Shown one piece after another: positions 12,688 to 25,974 of a DNA stretch of 64,000 bases (positions are counted from its first letter, which is position 1; each line of letters starts with the position of its first letter). The DNA is taken from positions 173,850,001-173,914,000 of the forward strand of contig NC_086097.1 of the NCBI RefSeq assembly GCF_963921235.1, written 5' to 3'. A program made the translations under genes and the position numbers. The DNA comes from Mobula hypostoma (Eukaryota). The notes below the pieces were generated by a model. The model did not search any database. It was not told the DNA's origin and was given only the letters and a program-made list of their open reading frames with translations.

Positions 12688-12930
12688 AATCAGAATCAGG
12701 TTTATTATCACAGACATTTGTCATGAAATGTGTTGTTTTGTGGTAGCAGTATAGTGCAATACATAAAATATGCTATAATTTACAATACGACACAGGAAAA
12801 AATAAAGAAGTAGTGTAAAAAGAGAGGAAAAATAGTGAGGTAGTGTTCATGAGTTCATGGACTGATCATAATTCTGATGGCAGAGGGAAAGAAGCTGCTC
12901 CAAATACATTGAGTGTATGTCTTCCTGCCT
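12688..12930 (-). mobile_element. Rex1/Babar LINE 3' tail
   Basis: AGAATCAGAATCAGGTTTATTATC is the reverse complement of the (GATTCT)n Rex1 tail seen at 14190-14207. Confidence 0.7.
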
Positions 12931-14207
12931 CAGCAAGGACCTGGACCCATTGCAATTTGCCTATCATCACAGTAGGTCAACGGCAGAGCATTCTCAATGG
13001 GTCTCCACACAGCTTTAGACAACGTGGATAACACAAACATCTACGTCAGGATGCTGTTCATCAACTATAGCTCAGCATTTAGTACCATCATTCCCACAAT
13101 CCTGATTGAGAAGTTGCAGAAACTGGGCCTCTGTACCTCCCTCTGCAATTGGATCCTCGACTTCCTAACCAGTAGACCACAGTCTGTGCAGATTGGTGGC
13201 AACATATCATCCTCGTTGACCATCAACACAAGCACACCTCAGGGATGTTTGCTTAGCCCACTGCTCTATTCTCTATATACACATGACTGTGTGGCTAGGC
13301 ATAGCTCAAATACCATCTATAAATTTGCTGACGATACAATCATTGTTAATAAATCTCAGGTAGTGACAAGAGGGTGTACAGGAGTGAGATATGCCAACTA
13401 GAATGGTGCCGCAGCAACAACCTGGCACTCAATGTCAGTAAGACGGAAGAGCTGATTGTGGACTTCAGGAAGGGTAAGACGAAGGAACATAAACCAATCC
13501 TCATAGAGGGATCAGAAGTACAGAGAGCGAGCAGCTTCAAGTTCCTGGGTGTCAAGATCTCTGAGGATCTAACCTGGTCCCAACATATCGTTGTCGTTCT
13601 AAAGAAGGCAAGACAGCAGCTGTACATCATTAGGAGTTTGAAGAGATTTGGCATGTCAACAAATACATTCAAAAACCTCTATAGTTTTACCGCGGAGAGC
13701 ATTCTGACAGGCTGCATCACTGCCTGGTATGGAGGGGCTACTACACAGGACCAAAAAAAGCTGCAGAAGGTTGTAAATCTAGTCTGCTCCATCTTGGGTA
13801 CTAGCCTACAAAAAGTACCCAGGACATCTTTAGGGAGCGGTGTCTCAGAAAGGCAGCACCCATTATTAAGGACCTTCAGCACCCTTTTCACACTGTTACC
13901 ATCAGGTAGGAGGTACAGAAGCCTGAAGGCACACACTCAGTGATTCAGGAACAGCTTCTTCCCCTCTGCCATCCGATTCCTAAATGGACATTGAAGCATT
14001 GGACACCACCTCACTTTTTTTTAAATATACAGTATTTCTGTTTTTGCACGTTTTTAATCTATTCAGCATATGTAATCGATTTACTTGTTTATTTATTTTT
14101 TTTAATTTTTTTTTCTCTGCTAGATTATGTACTGCATTGAACTGCTGCTGCTAAAATTAACAAATTTCACGTCACATGCCAGTGATAATAAACCTGATTC
14201 TGATTCC
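12930..14207 (+). mobile_element. Rex1/Babar LINE, 5'-truncated (RT to tail)
   Basis: Motifs: [68 protein letters not shown]. It ends in a (GATTCT)n tail. Confidence 0.92.
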
Positions 14208-15026
14208 GATAACTGAGTTCCCAGACAGCAGAGCATGCCTGCAGCCCCTGCAGCTATGAAATTCATACTGCCAGTCACCCAAACACTTGCTCATATATAT
14301 CAGCTGTACCTATGTTGACAACTGAAAGATAGATATTAACTTCTATCAGCTTTCTGTAATTTCATGCTTTCATCTATTCAGCATACAATGCCATCTGTAT
14401 GTCATCAGAAAACATGGAGAAGCAAATCCCTATCCTGTCAACCCAAAATTAACATTTAAACTTTTCATGTACAATAATTCAGTTGGAAGCAATGACTATG
14501 AATACTGGATACTCAATGTTGCAACCAGAAACTTGGAACTCTAAAGATACATTTTAATACTTTTTTCATACTGTGGGAATCACTGGCAAAGCACTGGATG
14601 GTGCACTGGAGATACTGGAGGGAGATTCTCTTCTGGAACCATGATACTCATGTGAAACTCTTGCTCTCCCAGGGCTGCAAGGATATAAATTCCAGAGTTT
14701 TTATCCAGACAATAGTAAGTGACCATGCAATCTATTTTCTAATAAGATTGGGGTACAAATTGAAGCTGGGGGTGTTCACACACATCTGATGTCCTATTTC
14801 ATCTTAGCAGATGGAACTTGTGGGAGATTTTTCTAAAAGAAGCCTGAGCAAATTGAACTGATACATTCCGCAGAGAGTACATAGCACCACATATCATCAT
14901 AAACAGACATATGTTTGGCTTTAAGCTGATGAAGCAGCAGCCTGACTGGTTTGTTCCAAAATTGGGTATGTCCTTTAGCTTGCTTAAAAATAAATCAACA
15001 CTTTCTGTAATAATATTTGTACTTAC

Positions 15027-15201
15027 CCACTTGAGAAATGGATGGTTCCTTTATATTTGGACCTGTTTCCTCCATGTCAACATCTTTATAAGAGCAAATT
15101 TCACCATAGTAAAGGGCAATTCCAAGTTGGATAATGCGGATAAGCATAGGAAGCTGTTGGTCTGTGATAGAGAGTTTCAAACTTTCAACAAGAGCATGGA
15201 T
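15027..15201 (-). CDS. VPS13B: VPS13B internal coding exon (equivalent to human exon 7), 175 bp
   Basis: The AG acceptor is at 15202-15203 and the GTAAGT donor at 15021-15026. It translates as IHALVESLKLSITDQQLPMLIRIIQLGIALYYGEICSYKDVDMEETGPNIKEPSISQV(G), matching the recalled human IHTLVESLKLSITDQQLPMFIRIMQLGIALYYGEI. Confidence 0.97.
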
Positions 15202-16139
15202 CTGTTGGAAGAAAAAATTAAAAAGCTACTGCTACTTTATTATGGAAATCTTCTATTATGAGATAGAGCTGAAGATACAATCAGACCGATATCAAATTCA
15301 AATTAATTCAAGATAAATCCCTTCATCTTTATCTCATATTATTCCTCGTCACAACACAGAACATATTTTCATTTACAATGTAGCTATTTAAATTTATATT
15401 CAGAAATTAATGGAAGAAATAACAGAACTCATCTACTCAAATAATTCCCAAGAATTTATTTCTGAAAGGATTTCAACACCTTTGATTATGTTACATTATT
15501 TTATGTTTAATTTGCAAATTAAAATTTTCTTCACAATAAATTCCAAACCTAACTTTACAAGTTTTAAATTATTCCACTCCTGAAAATCAAGCTGATGTTC
15601 CTGAATTCAAGTCAATTCTACTCAATTCATTTGCTCTGCACTTTATTTCCACACAGACACTATGCGTGGGGAAAAGTTGGTGAAAATTAAATAAAATATT
15701 TTGCAAACAAAATATTTTGCATTATTACTTTTGTTATTTTCATCTTAAGAAAAATAAATATTTTTACTGAACAATTGTTACCCACAGCCTACATTTAACT
15801 GATTGAAGTGAAAATGCTGCAGTTAAAAGTTTGCTGAGCCTTAATGTTCAAAAGTACTTGAACACAGGCTTCCAGTTACTTGTTACTACATTTGAAAAGT
15901 GAAGATTTTTTCAGTTTTCTGAACAATATTTAATCTGTGTGATGGGATATTCACCCCTATTAGAAATACTGTTGCACCTTTTACATAATTTATAATGAAA
16001 GTGAGGATTCAAGGTCACATAACAACTCACATTTAATGCCAAATGCATGAATAGATACAACACCTTTAGGGTTCAAAATTTAACCTGAGCTCATCTGAGC
16101 TGGGATAACAAAAGAAATGTTGCAATTCACCTTCACCAC

Positions 16140-16550
16140 AAGACAACAGAGTAGAATTAGGTCACGTGGCTCATCAAGTCTGCTCTGCCATTCCATCACG
16201 GATGATTTATTAACCCTCTCAACCCCATCTCCTGCCTTCTCCCCATAACCTTTGACACGTTGACTAATCAAGAACCTGTCAGCCTCCGTTTTAAATATGC
16301 TCAATGACTCGGCCTCCACAGCCATCCATGGCAATGAATTCCACAGATTCACCACTCTCTGTCTAAAGGAATTCCTCCACATCTCTGTTCTAAATGGATG
16401 TCCCTCTAAAAGATCACTGTGCCTCTAGTCCTAGGCTCACCTACTATAAGAAACATCCTCTCCACATCCACTTTATCTCGGCTTTTCAATATTCAATAGG
16501 TTTCAATGAGACACCCCCTTATTCTTCTAAACTCTAGCGAGTACAGGGCC
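16140..16550 (-). mobile_element. CR1 LINE 3' fragment
   Basis: RNSFRQRVVNLWNSLP...KGYGEKAG in ORF 16080-16382. Confidence 0.85.
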
Positions 16551-16904
16551 ACTATAATGCCATCAATGGCTTAAAATGCGACATATAAATAATATGCTCA
16601 CTGGCTACACTAACAAGGAACGACACAATGAATTCTCAACACAAGATATGGGCAAAATAGAGAGGATATGGAAAATTCACTGATATCAACACATTATAAT
16701 ATGAAGTATCAATGGGAAAAAAGTAGAATTATTCTTACCGGAACAAATAAATTACAAAGCTGGGCTAAGAAAATATCAATGGAGCAGTTGCTTTAAAATA
16801 ATGAACAATTTGATGTAGTATATTGATGGGAAAGTACGAAGATAAAATTGGTGAGAAGAGTAAGAGCAGGGTTACTTTTCTGAGAAATGACTTAGCCAAA
16901 GCAG

Positions 16905-17757
16905 ACTTGCAAGATGGCACCAATGACCAACCCAGCTAACAATGACACCCTGCAGACAGTTCACAAAACAACTTCTTCCTTCACCTTTTTCTTTTAAATA
17001 TACCTCCACTATTAATCTGCTTGTGATTGGAACCTGTAATTTAGAGTTTAATAATTTTTGGGGGCTGACTGAGCAATCTGGTGCGTTTGCTGCTTCTGAG
17101 GGAATTCAAAGTGGTTGACAGCAAGATTGAGAATGGAGTGTGCCAAATGGTGGAGAGTGAACGGTTGATCAGCTCCGATTCTCAAACAAGTCGCCAATTA
17201 AAGAGTCAAGCAAGATTGAAATCTATGAGGAGGAGAGCAGAGGATGCATGTATGTTGAGTGCTGTCTCAGTCTTTGAAACACTGTCTGCCTGCATTTGAC
17301 CCAGTCTTCCTCTCAATTGCTGCTGACAGAGGAAGATGCAAGAATCTTGGGTATTGGGCAAAGTTTGATCAGTGCAGTTTGTGGAGTGGACTGGTTTTTA
17401 GATGACTGCAGGTCATGTTAAGTATATTACTCGTTTCTGGCTAGTACTTTTCTTAATTGCATTCTGCACGATTTTGATCAGGGCAGACTGGCTCTGCAGC
17501 CTGCAGTGGACAAACGACACAGCACTAAAATGAACTGAACTAAACTGAACTAAACATTCCTAGACCGTTTCAAGGACTCTGAAGTTTGACGTTTAATATT
17601 CTGCATGTTATTCACTCGTTTCTTGCCTTTGTACAATTTGTTCTTTTCTTTTGTGCATTGGGTGTTTGACACTTCTTTGTTTTGTGGCAGTCTACAGAAG
17701 ACAAATCTCAGGGTTGTATACATACTTGAGTAATATATGTACTTTTAATCTTTGATA
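16905..17757 (+). mobile_element. Probable non-autonomous Rex1/Babar-derived element
   Basis: It starts near CAAGATGGCACC, has a non-coding body, and ends in a Rex1-like tail (AATCTCAGGGTTGTATA...GTACTTTTAATCTTTGA). Confidence 0.45.
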
Positions 17758-18718
17758 CAATTACTTTAAGCTAAAGGGGAGATATTTAATAGGGAAATGA
17801 ATACATTCAAAATAAACATATTCCATAAAAATTTCAGAGTACCTTGAATGATAAAGTGCTCAGAGAGGATATAAGGCAAAGAAAGGGAGATTGCATGAAA
17901 CACACAAGCATAACACTGTACATGGCCTAGGTACACTTAGTAGTGATATAGTACACTTTTAGGGAAGAGAAAAAATCAAAACAATACACAAAAAAGTGAA
18001 ATAATATTGTAGCTTTGCAAGAACAGAAAGAATTGATGCCCACAGGTTACTAAAGGAAAAGAACAGGTCAATAAGATAATTATTAATTATATATAGGATG
18101 ATTTACTTTACCAGCAGAGACCCAAATATACGAGCATGGAAATCATGTTGGAGCTTTCAACAACACAATGGTGGGCTACTGCTCAAGTAATACACACAGA
18201 TCCAGGCACAACAACACCAGAATTATATGACTACACTGCAAAAGATACAGAGAATTAAGAAGATGTGCCAAGACTACATAATTTTTGCTGGAGATAAAGG
18301 ATGAATAGACTATTGTTGTTTTCTTTGGAACAGTGAAGGCTAAGAGGAAATTAAAGTGTATAAGACCAAGATACAGGAGCAGAATTAGGTCATTTGGCCC
18401 ATCAAGTCTGCTCCACCATTTCATCATGGCTGATCCAAATTCCCTCTCAGCCCCAATCTCCTGCCTTCTCCCCATATCCCTTCATCCCCTGACCAATCAA
18501 GAATCTATTAACCTTGCCTTAAATATACATAAACACTTGACCCCCACAGACACCTGTGACAAAGAAATCCACAAATTCACCACTCTGTGGCTAATGAAAT
18601 TCCTCCTCATCTCCATTCCAAAAGGAAGCCCCTCTACTCTGAGGTTGTGTCCTCTGATTGTGGCCTCTCTCACCATATGAAACATAGTCTTCTCATCCAC
18701 TCTATCAAGGCCTTTCAC

Positions 18719-19450
18719 AAGTGCTACACATGCCCTTACACTTCCTCCCTCACTACCATTCAGGGCCCCAGACAGTCCTTCCAGGTGAGGCAACACTTCA
18801 CCTGTGAGTCGGCTGGGGTGATATACTGTGTCCAGTGCTCCCGATGTGGCCTTCTATATATTGGCGAGACCCAACGCAGACTGGGACACCGTTTCGCTGA
18901 ACACCTACGCTCAGTCCGCCAGAGAAAGCAGGATCTCCCAGTGGCCACACATTTTAATTCCACGTCCCATTCCCATTCTGATATGTCTATCCACGGCCTC
19001 CTCTACTGTAAAGATGAAGCCACGCTCAGGTTGGAGGAACAACACCTTATATTCCATCTGGGTCGCCTCCAACCTGATGGCATGAACTTCTCTAACTTCC
19101 GTTAATGCCCCACCTCCCCCTCGTACCCCATCCGTTATTGCCCATCCTCTGGGCTTCCCCCCTCCCCCTTTCTTTCTCCCTAGGCCTCCCGTCCCATGAT
19201 CCTCTCATATCCCTTTTGCGAATCAACTGTCCAGCTCTTGGCTCCATCTCTCCCCCTCCTGTCTTCTCCTATCATTTTGGATCTCCTCCTCTCCCTCCCA
19301 CTTTCAAATTTCTTACTAGCTCTTCTTTCAGTTAGTCCTGACGGAGGGTCTCGGCCCGAAACGTCGACTGTACCTCTTCCTAAAGTTCACCAGCAACTTC
19401 TTCATGTGTGTTGCTTGAAATTCCAGCATCTGCAGATTTCCTCGTGTTTG
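18719..19450 (+). mobile_element. Penelope-like element, 5'-truncated: GIY-YIG endonuclease, 3' UTR and terminal repeat; 8-bp TSD
   Basis: The TSD CCTTTCAC is at 18711-18718 and 19451-19458. The open frame 18719-19105 reads KCYTCPY...FTCESAGVIYCVQCSRCGLLYIGETQRRLGHRFAEH...VATHFN...RLEEQHLIF...PDGMN. A hammerhead motif follows at 19334-19369. Confidence 0.93.
19334..19369 (+). ncRNA. Hammerhead ribozyme motif, core variant (CUGACGG)
   Basis: AGTC-CTGACGG-agggtctcggccc-GAAA-CGTC-GACT, with one core substitution relative to the 4563 copy. Confidence 0.6.
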
Positions 19451-20789
19451 CCTTTCACCATTCGATAGGTTTCAATCAAGTCACCCCTCATTCATCTGAA
19501 TTCTAGTCAATACAGAGCAAGAGCCATCAAACGCTTTTCATACAATATGTTTAATCCCAGAAACAATTTCGTGAACCTCCTTTGAACCCTCTGCAGTTTC
19601 AGCACATCCTTTCTAAGATAAGGAGCCCAAAACTGTTCACAATACTCCAAGTGAACCCTCACCAGTGCTTTATAAAGTCTCAACAATACATCCTTGCTTT
19701 TATACCCTAGTCCCCTTGAAATGAATGCAAACATCGCACTAACCTTCCTCACCACAGACTCAACATACAAACTAACCTTTAGGGAACCCTACACAAGGAA
19801 TCCCAAGTCCCTTCGCGCCTCAGTTTTTTGTATTTTCTCTCCATTTAGAAGATAGTCGACCCTTACAACTCTTCTACCAAAGTGCATGACCATCCACTTC
19901 TTGACACTGTATTCCATCTGCCACTTCTTTGCCCATTCTCCTAATCTAAGTCCTTCTGTGGCCTCTCTACTTCCTGAAAACTATCTGCTTCTCCACCTAT
20001 CTTCACATCATCTACAAACCTTGCAACAAAGCCATCAATTCCATCATCCAAACCATTGACATATAATGTAAAAAGAATCAGTCCCAACACAGACCATTGT
20101 CGAACATCACTAATCACTGACAGCCAACCAGAAAAAAGCTCTCTTTATTCCCACTCTTTGCTTCCTGCAAATCAGCCACTGCTTTATCCATGCTGGAATA
20201 TTTCCTGCAATACCATGGGCTCGTAGTTTGTTAAGCAGCCTCATGTGTGGCACCTTGCAGGGGCCTTCTGTAAATCCAATTACACCATATCCACTGATTC
20301 TCATTTGCCCCTCTAGTATGTTATTTCTTCAAAGAATTCCAATAGATTTGTTAGGCAATATTTTCCCCTGAGGAAACCATGCTGACTACAGCCTTTTTTA
20401 TCATGTGCCGCCATGTACCCTAAGATCACATCCTTAACAATCAACTCCAACATCTTCCCAACCACTGAGGTCAGGCTAACTGACCTATACTTTCCTTTCT
20501 CTGCCTCTCTCCCTTCTTGAAGAGTGGAGTGATATTTTCAATTTTCCTGTCTTCCGGAACCAAAAAATCTAGTGATTTTTGAAAGATCATTAGTAAAGTC
20601 TCCACAATCTCTTTAGCCATCTCTTTCAGAACCCTGGGGTATACACCATCAGGAGACTTAGCTCCCTTCAGACCTTTCAGTTTCCCCAAGAACCTTCTCT
20701 CTAGTAATGGTAACTTCACATACTTCATGACCCCAGACACCTGGAACTACCACCATACTCCTAGTGTCTTCCACAGTGAAAACAGCATC

Positions 20790-21785
20790 TTTTCACATTG
20801 TTTGTCGATGATTCAGATAATGGAATTGATGGTTTTGTGGCAAAATTTGCAGATGATACAAAGATAGATGGAGGGGTAGGTAGTGCTGAGGAAGCAATAT
20901 GATTGCAGTAGGACTTCAACAAATTCGAAGAATGACAGAAAAGTGGCAAATAGAATACAGTTTTGGGAACTGTATGCATTTTGGTAAAAGAAACAATAGT
21001 GTGAATTATTATATAAATGGGGAGAAGGTTCAAACATCAGAGGTGCAGAGAGCCTTGTGGGTCCTCATGCAATTAACCTAGAAGGTTTATTTACAGGTTG
21101 AGTCTGTGGTAAAGAAGGCAAATGCAATGTTGGCATTTATTTCAAGGGAAATAGAATATAAAAGCAGCGAGATAATACTGAGGTTTTATAAGACACTAGC
21201 CAGGCTGCACTTGGAGTATTTGCAACAGTTTTGGGCCCCATATCTCAGAAGGGATGTGTTGTCATTGGAGAGAATCCAGAGGAAGTTTACAAGGATGATT
21301 CTGGGAATTAAGGGGTTAACATATGAGGAGCGTTACGCAGCTTTGGGCCTTTACTCACCAGAATTTAAAAGAATGCGGGGGGGGCGGGGATCTCACTGAA
21401 ACCAACCCAATTTTGGGCCCCATGAAAAGATGAGATAGGATGGATGTGGGGAAGATGTTTCCTGTGGTGAGGTATCCAGAACTAGAGTGCACAGCCTCAA
21501 AATTGAGGGGGCCAACACTTTAGAACAGAGGTAAGGAGGAATTTTTTTAGCCAGAGTAGTAAATCTGTGGAATGCTTGGCCACAGAATGCGGTGGAGGCC
21601 AAGTCCATGAGTATATTTAAGGCAGAAGTTGATCCTTTCCTGATCAGTTAGGACATCAAAGGATATGCTGAGAAGGCAGGTGTATGGGGTTGAGTGGAAT
21701 CCAGGATCCACCATGATGGAATGGCGGAACATACTCAATGGGCTGAGTGACCTAATTCTGCTTCCATGTCTTATGGTCTTATAAG
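20790..21785 (+). mobile_element. CR1 LINE 5'-truncated copy nested in opposite orientation in the 18360-23235 CR1
   Basis: Motifs: KFADDTKI and VKKANAMLAFISR...HLEYLQQFWAPYLR. The tail is CTTATGGTCTTAT, and the host CR1 resumes at about 21786. Confidence 0.88.
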
Positions 21786-22617
21786 ATACTTATTCAGTTC
21801 ATCCACCATTTCCTTGTTCCCCATTGCTACCTCTCCAGCATTGTTTTCCATCTTTCTGATGTCCACTCTCATCTCTCTTTAACACTTTATATATCTGAAG
21901 AAACTATTCGTATCCTCTTATATATTATTGGCTAACTTACTTTCATGCTCCATCTTTACCTTATTCATGACTTTTTTAGTTGCCTTCAGTTGGTTTTTAA
22001 TAGCTTTCCAATTCTCTAACTTTCCACTATTTTTTCTCTATTATATTCCCTCTTTTTGGCCTTTATGTTGGCTTTGATTTCTCTTGTCAACCACAGTTGT
22101 GTCATCTTGCCTTTAGAATACTTCTTCTTCTTTGGGATATATATATCCTGCACCTTCTGAATTGTTTCCAGAAATTCCAGCCATTGTTGCTCCACCTTCA
22201 TCCCTGCCAGTGTTCTTTTCCTATCAATTCTGGCCATATCCTTTCTCATGACTCTGTAATTCCCTTCACTCCACTGTAATACTGATACGTCCGACTTTAG
22301 CTTCTCCTTCTCAAAGTGAATTTGATCATACTATGATCACTTTACCCTGAGGGTTCTTTTACCTTTACCTTAAAATTCTGATTCATTGCACAACACCCAA
22401 TCCAGAATAGCTGATCCCCTAGAGGGCTCAACCACAAACTGCTCTAAAAAGCTATCTTGTAGGCATTCTAGAAATTCCATCTCTTGGAATCCAGCACCAA
22501 CCTGATTTTCTCAATCTACCTGCATATTCAAATCCTCCATGACTATTGTAACTTTCCCCTTTTGGCATGCAATTTCAATCGTCAGTTGTAATTTATAGAC
22601 CACATCCTTACTACTAT

Positions 22618-22687
22618 TTGGGAGTCTGTATACAAATCCCATTGGGGTCTGTGTACAACTCCCATTGGGGTCTGTGTACAACTCCCA
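22618..22687. repeat. Three tandem copies of a 23-24 bp unit within the CR1 endonuclease
   Basis: TTGGGGTCTGTGTACAACTCCCA occurs at 22642-22664 and 22665-22687, with a diverged copy at 22618-22641. Confidence 0.85.
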
Positions 22688-23509
22688 TCAGGGTCTTTTT
22701 ACCCTTGCAGTCCCTTTGCTCTATCCACAATGATTCAACACCTTCCAACCCTATGTCACTTCTATCTTATGATTTGATTTCTTTTTTTTTTAATCAACAG
22801 AGCTACACCACCCCCTCTGGTTCCCATTCCCCTGCAACTCTAGTTTAAATCCCAGCGTGTAGCATGAACAAACTTTCCTGCTATGATATTAGTCTCCCTC
22901 CAGTTCAGGTGCAAAGTGTCCCTTTGTACAGGTCCCACCTTTCCTGGAAGAGAGTCCAATGATCCAAAAATTTTCTGTCCTCTCTCCTACATACTTAGCC
23001 ATATATTAAACTGTATAATCTTCCTAGTTCTGGCCTCACTAGCACATGGCATGGGTAGTAATCCTGAGGTCACAACCCTGGGGGTCCTGTCCATTAACTT
23101 AGCACCTAATTGCCTGAACTTACTTTGCAGTGCCTCTTCACTCTTGTTACCCATGTCATTGGTACCTACAGGGGCCAGGACCTCTGGTTGTTCATCATCT
23201 CACGAAAGAATGCCAAGGACTAGGTTTGATATGCATTAAATTACACAGGGCCTAGAGGGAGCAACTAGAACAGACTTATTTCCCTTCACAGAGTAGTTAG
23301 ATTTGGGGGAATAGATTTAAAATAATTAATGGAAAGATTAGAAGGGATATGAGAACATTTTACTTTTACCCAGAGAGTGATTCGAGTCTGAAAATTTGCT
23401 TGCTGGAATGGTGGCAGAGGCAGAAAGCCTCAAAGAATTTAAAAGCTACTTGAATGTACACTTGAAACGTTGATCCCCAGGGCCTCATAACTAAAGCCGG
23501 AGAGAGTGA

Positions 23510-24192
23510 GCATTTTAAAGTTCCTATGTGTCAAGCTCTCTGAGGATCTAACCTGGTACCAACATATCGAGGCAGTTATAAACAGAAGACAGTGGCTATA
23601 CTTCACTAGAGTTTGAAGAGATTTGGCATGTCAACAAATACCCTCAAAAACTTCTATAAATGTACGGTGCAGAGCATTCCGACAGGCTGCAACACTGTCT
23701 GCTATGGGGGGTGGGGGCTACTGCACAGGACTGAAAGAAGCTGCAGAGAGTTGTAAATTTAGTCAACTCCATCTTGGGTACTAGCCCTACAAAGTACCCA
23801 GGACACCTTCAAGGAGCGGTGGCTCAGAAAGACAGCGTCCATTAGTAAGGACCTCCAGCACCCAGGGCATGTCATTGTCTCCCTGTTACCATCAGGTAGG
23901 AGGTACAGAAGCCTGAAGGCACACACTCAGCGATTCAGGAACAGTTTCTTCCCCTTTGCCACCCGATTCCTAAATGGACATTGAACCCTTGGACACTACC
24001 TCGCCTTTTAAATATATAGTATTTCTGTTTTTTGCACAATTTTTAATCTATTTAATATACATCTACTGTAATTTATTTATATTATTTTATTTTGTTTTTT
24101 TTTCCTTCAATATATGTATTCCATTAAACTGCTGCTGCTAATTTAACAAATTTCACGTCACATGCCAGTTATAATAAACCTGATTCTGATTC
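23510..24192 (+). mobile_element. Rex1/Babar LINE 3' fragment
   Basis: Near-identical to 13535-14207, with a (GATTCT)n tail. Confidence 0.88.
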
Positions 24193-24329
24193 TGTGTTAC
24201 AAGTTTTCTGTGAAAACCATTCCTACATTGCTCACTGATAATATCCACTGGTGTAAATTTTTTCCAAGGTTGACTCGTCCCTACCAGCATGAAGAATATT
24301 CAACACCTAATAAGGCTTACATTTTAGCT

Positions 24330-24537
24330 CATTCAGCACAGCATTGTGGACTGAAGGGCCTGTATTCTGCTGTAGATTTTCTATATTTCTATTAAGAGAC
24401 TCCTGGATAGGTACATGGAGCTTAGAAAAATAGAGTGATATGGGTAACCTTAGGTAATTTCTAAGTAAGCATATGTTCAGCACAGCATTGTGGGCTGAAG
24501 GGCCTATATTGTGCTGTAGGTTTTCTATGTTTCTATG
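24330..24537 (+). mobile_element. Tandem CR1 3' tails
   Basis: TTCAGCACAGCATTGTGG.CTGAAGGGCCT.TATT.TGCTGTAG.TTTTCTAT occurs twice; same family as 12114-12475. Confidence 0.7.
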
Positions 24538-25974
24538 TAAATTCCTTTGTTCCACATCCCTCCTGCACCTGTAACCCTGTAACCTCCTCCAACACAAAGC
24601 CTTTAAATTTATTCAAGTTGAGCTTTTTCTCACCTTTAATATAGCAAATAATTACATAAGTAGCCATTCCTTCAGTTGATGAAGCTTTAGAATTTCCCCT
24701 TAAACCTCCCACCTGTCCACCTCTTTCTGTTTCTTTAAAATTCTCCCCTAAACTATCTCATGTATATGAAGGACATAAGTAATAAAGTTAATTCATTTCA
24801 ATTGGTCAGATGCCTTAAATTTATCTTGTGCTTCATTTTGTTTGATCATGCTCTCGTGAAATAATTTTGTAATGTGTTATTAACTGTTACTTAACTGCAA
24901 ATTGTTGCTGTTCTTATTGATCCTTAATGTCCATGAAACAATTGGGAGCAAGCAATAAACAATGTGCACCAATGAAATTATTGGTTCTAAAAACTATATT
25001 AAAAGTCCATGCTAAAATAGGGAAATTTAAGATCACTTTTGAAGATCAACATAATGAGATGTATTTATTTAATATGGAGTTGTCAGGATATAGAATATCC
25101 TACAAAGAAACTCATGGCAACTATAAAATTAGTTAAACATTTTAAAAAAGGAATATGTTGTAAGAGTCTAGGGAAAAAGCATAGGAACAGAAACTGTCTT
25201 TTACAGAGATTTAGGTGCAATAAACCAAATGGCTTCCTTCTGTTCTGTAAAATTATTTTGTTTTATTGCCAGGAAGCAAATTGTAAGAATTACAGATATA
25301 TTTGTTATCTTGGCTATATCTTCATGAGAATGTACCATGGAACTAGTTTATTACATTTTTGGCAGGGTAGAGAGTGAAACAACAGATTGACTCACTGATA
25401 ATTGTTCATCTTGTTTTGATACTAAAGCCCAGAAAATACATATTATGCATGCCCTGGAAAAGCTTAAGTTAGTTGGTTCAAACATCTGGCAGATTTTATT
25501 GACAGCACTTTGGGAATTGAACCAGAAATATAATTAAATTTCTTGAGCGTATCTTTGTTTTCTTTTTTTTGCTTTTCGGATATTCTTGAATGGGACTGTC
25601 TTTGAAGTAATCAGTCTTCATGAGTACAGAAGCATTTCAACTAATGCCATCTGTATTCCTCTATACAGAGATTAATATTATATGAATTAACTAGTTCATG
25701 CTGCAGTTTAGTGCAACTTGGTTACTTGTTATCAGCAATGGAGAAAGGCCTGCATTCTTTAGGTCTGTACTGATTACAAACCTGCAGGAAGCCTTTGCAG
25801 CTCCACACTTAAACACTGCAACAACTTATAGCCTAAGCCACAGTATGATGTAATATTTTACTACCCTCTGAAGTCAATGGATATCATCAGATCACATGAT
25901 TGCAGACATTCAATGAAAAAATTTCTACTGTGGCTTTGCAGCTAGAGAGTAGGCTTTGACAGTGGAAAAGCACA

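Larger units (their letters stand above)
18360..23235 (-). mobile_element. Long CR1 LINE (ORF1 esterase remnant, endonuclease, RT, 3' tail) with nested PLE and nested CR1
   Basis: The tail is at 18360 and RT motifs run 19507-20740. The linker/endonuclease lies at 21790-22810 and an SGNH-esterase-like ORF1 remnant (VVTSGLLP, FLDHW) at 22820-23235. Confidence 0.85.

Noticed and set aside
1..15026. Next VPS13B exon (expected GWVSWAWSF motif)
   Set aside because: No such motif was found by eye on the minus strand; the exon probably lies beyond the window start.
14911..15261. 116-aa + strand ORF as an overlapping gene
   Set aside because: It is an antisense shadow of the VPS13B exon with no recognisable motif.
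22618..22687. CRISPR-like or functional repeat array
   Set aside because: There are no spacers. It is a local tandem duplication of the CR1 endonuclease GVVYRP codons in a eukaryotic genome.
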